This document shows, piece by piece, positions 50,894 to 64,000 of a stretch of DNA of 64,000 bases. The notes below the pieces were generated by a model. That model searched no databases. It had not been told where the DNA came from and saw only the letters and a program-made list of their open reading frames with translations. Numbering within the stretch: the first letter of the stretch is position 1; every line of letters starts with the position of its first letter. Made by a program: the position numbers and the translations under genes. This DNA comes from Amoebidium appalachense (Eukaryota; Protista; Ichthyosporea): the NCBI GenBank assembly GCA_963693365.1, contig CAVNZM010000005.1, forward strand, positions 2,033,842-2,097,841, written 5' to 3'.

Positions 50894-51569
50894 TTGGGAT
50901 ATTCGGGTTGGTTGTAAGGTTTTCCGGGTCGGGCCGAAGGCCCTAACGGGCCGCAGGCCCGTCTATTGGGCCATAGGCCCTAGGCCGCTAGGCCTGGGGC
51001 CCGGGGACCCGGGGACCCGGGGGCCCGGCCCGGCCCGCGAGCCACCCCCGGCCCGGCGGCCCGGGGTTAGCAGACTCTTCCGGGTCGGGCCGAAGGCCCT
51101 AACGGGCCGCAGGCCCGTCTATTGGGCCATAGGCCCTAGGCCGCTAGGCCTGGGGCCCGGGGACCCGGGGACCCGGGGGCCCGGCCCGGCCCGCGAGCCA
51201 CCCCCGGCCCGGCGGCCCGGGGTTAGCAGAGTCTGCTAACCCCGGGCCGCCGGGCCGGGGGTGGCTCGCGGGCCGGGCCGGGCCCCCGGGTCCCCGGGTC
51301 CCCGGGCCCCAGGCCTACCGGCCTAGGGCCTATGGCCCAATAGACGGGCCTGCGGCCCGTTGGGGCCTTCGGCCCGACCCGGAAGAGTCTGCTAACCCCG
51401 GGCCGCCGGGCCGGGGGGTGGCTCGCGGGCCGGGCCGGGCCCCCGGGTCCCCGGGTCCCCGGGCCCCAGGCCTAGCGGCCTAGGGCCTATGGCCCAATAG
51501 ACGGGCCTGCGGCCCGTTAGGGCCTTCGGCCCGACCCGGAAAACCTTACAACCAACCCGAATATCCCAA
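50894..51569. repeat. 676-bp near-perfect GC-rich palindrome (two 156-bp units per arm)
   Basis: The arms start TTGGGATATTCGGGTTGGTTGTAAGGTTTTCCGGG and end CCCGGAAAACCTTACAACCAACCCGAATATCCCAA. The centre is GGTTAGCAGA-G-TCTGCTAACC at 51231. About 3 differences between the arms. Confidence 0.95.
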
Positions 51570-51820
51570 TATTGCTTCATTCTGATTGGTTGTCACACCA
51601 CGGGGTTTCCCGATTGTTCTTCGAATGACATTTGCTATCACTATCAGACAGTTCTCCAATATCAGAACAGAAAACGGTCTCTACCCAGATGGCCAGATGG
51701 CCAGGTCAAATTCAGTGTGTGGAAAAAGGTGGATAAAACGGGATAAAACGGTGAGCAAAATGATCTGGCCATCTGGCCATGTGGCCATGGAATCTCTATA
51801 TCTAAAAATAGCTGCCACTA

Positions 51821-51912
51821 CGCCGGGGCGTGGTTCCGGGAGGCAGGGGAGCAGGGGAGCACTCACTGGCCCTGCGCCGGGGCGTGGTTCCGGGAGGCAG
51901 GGGAGCAGGGGA
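51821..51912. repeat. Two direct copies of a G-rich 38-mer CGCCGGGGCGTGGTTCCGGGAGGCAGGGGAGCAGGGGA
   Basis: Copies at 51821-51858 and 51875-51912, immediately outside the left terminal repeat of the mitochondrial segment. Confidence 0.9.
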
Positions 51913-52344
51913 AGTTCGGGGGGCCCAGTCTAGTTATTTCATCTCGCCCCCTCCTCCCTTCTTCTTTACTACGCTCATAGGGTAGGGAGGTGTAGATTCT
52001 ACATAGTTGGGGGTGGTCTAGTTATTTCTACTCGCCCCTCCCCTCTCTTCTTCTATTCTAGGCATGTAGGGTAGGGAGGGGTAATTTTAGATGTAGGGAG
52101 GAGATTCTTGGATGTAGGATATCCCTAGTTAGGTTAGTGGCTCTACTCTTACTTGAAGCCTGTAAGGTTGAAGTGGGTAGCTCACTATGTGGGTGAGAGA
52201 AGAAAGGGAAAGCACAGGTAATAGAAGAAAGAATACCATATATGAATAAATAACAAGCTAATGATAAAAGGGAGAACAGTACTAATCTTACAGCTATAGT
52301 ACCATAGCCTCTCACGAGGGAGAGGAAAGTTTTAATTAAATAGA

Positions 52345-63634
<11,290 letters not shown>

Positions 63635-64000
63635 CTTTGTTCTTTCCTACTAATTGAGTAATTACGACACTCTAAATCTTAGAGAGCCAGTTAAAGTCCC
63701 TTAAGAGCAACCGCTCGTGGAGTACTTGCACCTACTCATTATAATTATGCTTTCCTATTCTTTGAGTACTATGTTAATAGTACTTTTCTTTATTTACATG
63801 GCTTTTCTACTCATGTAAAAATAGATTTTTAAAAATCCCAATTCATAATCGGCTAAAATTACAAAATTGACGCTTTTTTGTATTTTAGACATCTTCTGTA
63901 TTTAGGATTTTTATTTTCATCTTATATCGTGACGGAAGCTTGGAATAAGAGTAGAGAAGAGGGGGCGAGATGAAATAACTAGACTGGGCCCCCCGATGAA

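Noticed and set aside
52058-52315. 85-aa hydrophobic minus-strand ORF downstream of cox1 (possible atp8-like gene)
   Set aside because: GTG start, no MPQL-type N-terminus, and it runs into the terminal repeat region.

Overview
Eukaryotic, intron-rich nuclear DNA (1 to ~51.8 kb) joined to an AT-rich mitochondrial segment (~51.8-64 kb). Most ORFs in the supplied track are artefacts of poly-C/poly-G and (CA)n/(GA)n tracts. Manual splicing recovers four nuclear genes: the 3' part of a geranylgeranyltransferase-I beta subunit gene (+), a complete 10-exon cytochrome P450 (-), a ~22 kb EMC1 gene (+, head-to-head with the P450) and an intronless ferroportin (+). It also recovers a decayed pogo-type DNA transposon inside an EMC1 intron, a Harbinger-like MITE and a P-element/THAP element that lacks its catalytic core but keeps an open spliced frame. 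The right end holds a complete cox1 gene (UGA=Trp; 16 exons, 14 group I introns, 1 group II intron, 4 intact LAGLIDADG ORFs) bracketed by a perfect 38-bp inverted repeat, i.e. it looks like an entire linear single-gene mitochondrial chromosome of the Amoebidium (ichthyosporean) type; the taxon is inferred, not shown. Just upstream lies a 676-bp GC-rich palindrome made of triloop hairpins. Other leads are a structured repeat present three times in EMC1 introns, and a recurring intron layout with a C-run after weak donors and (CA)n abutting some acceptors. Exon boundaries were read by eye and could be off by a few bases.
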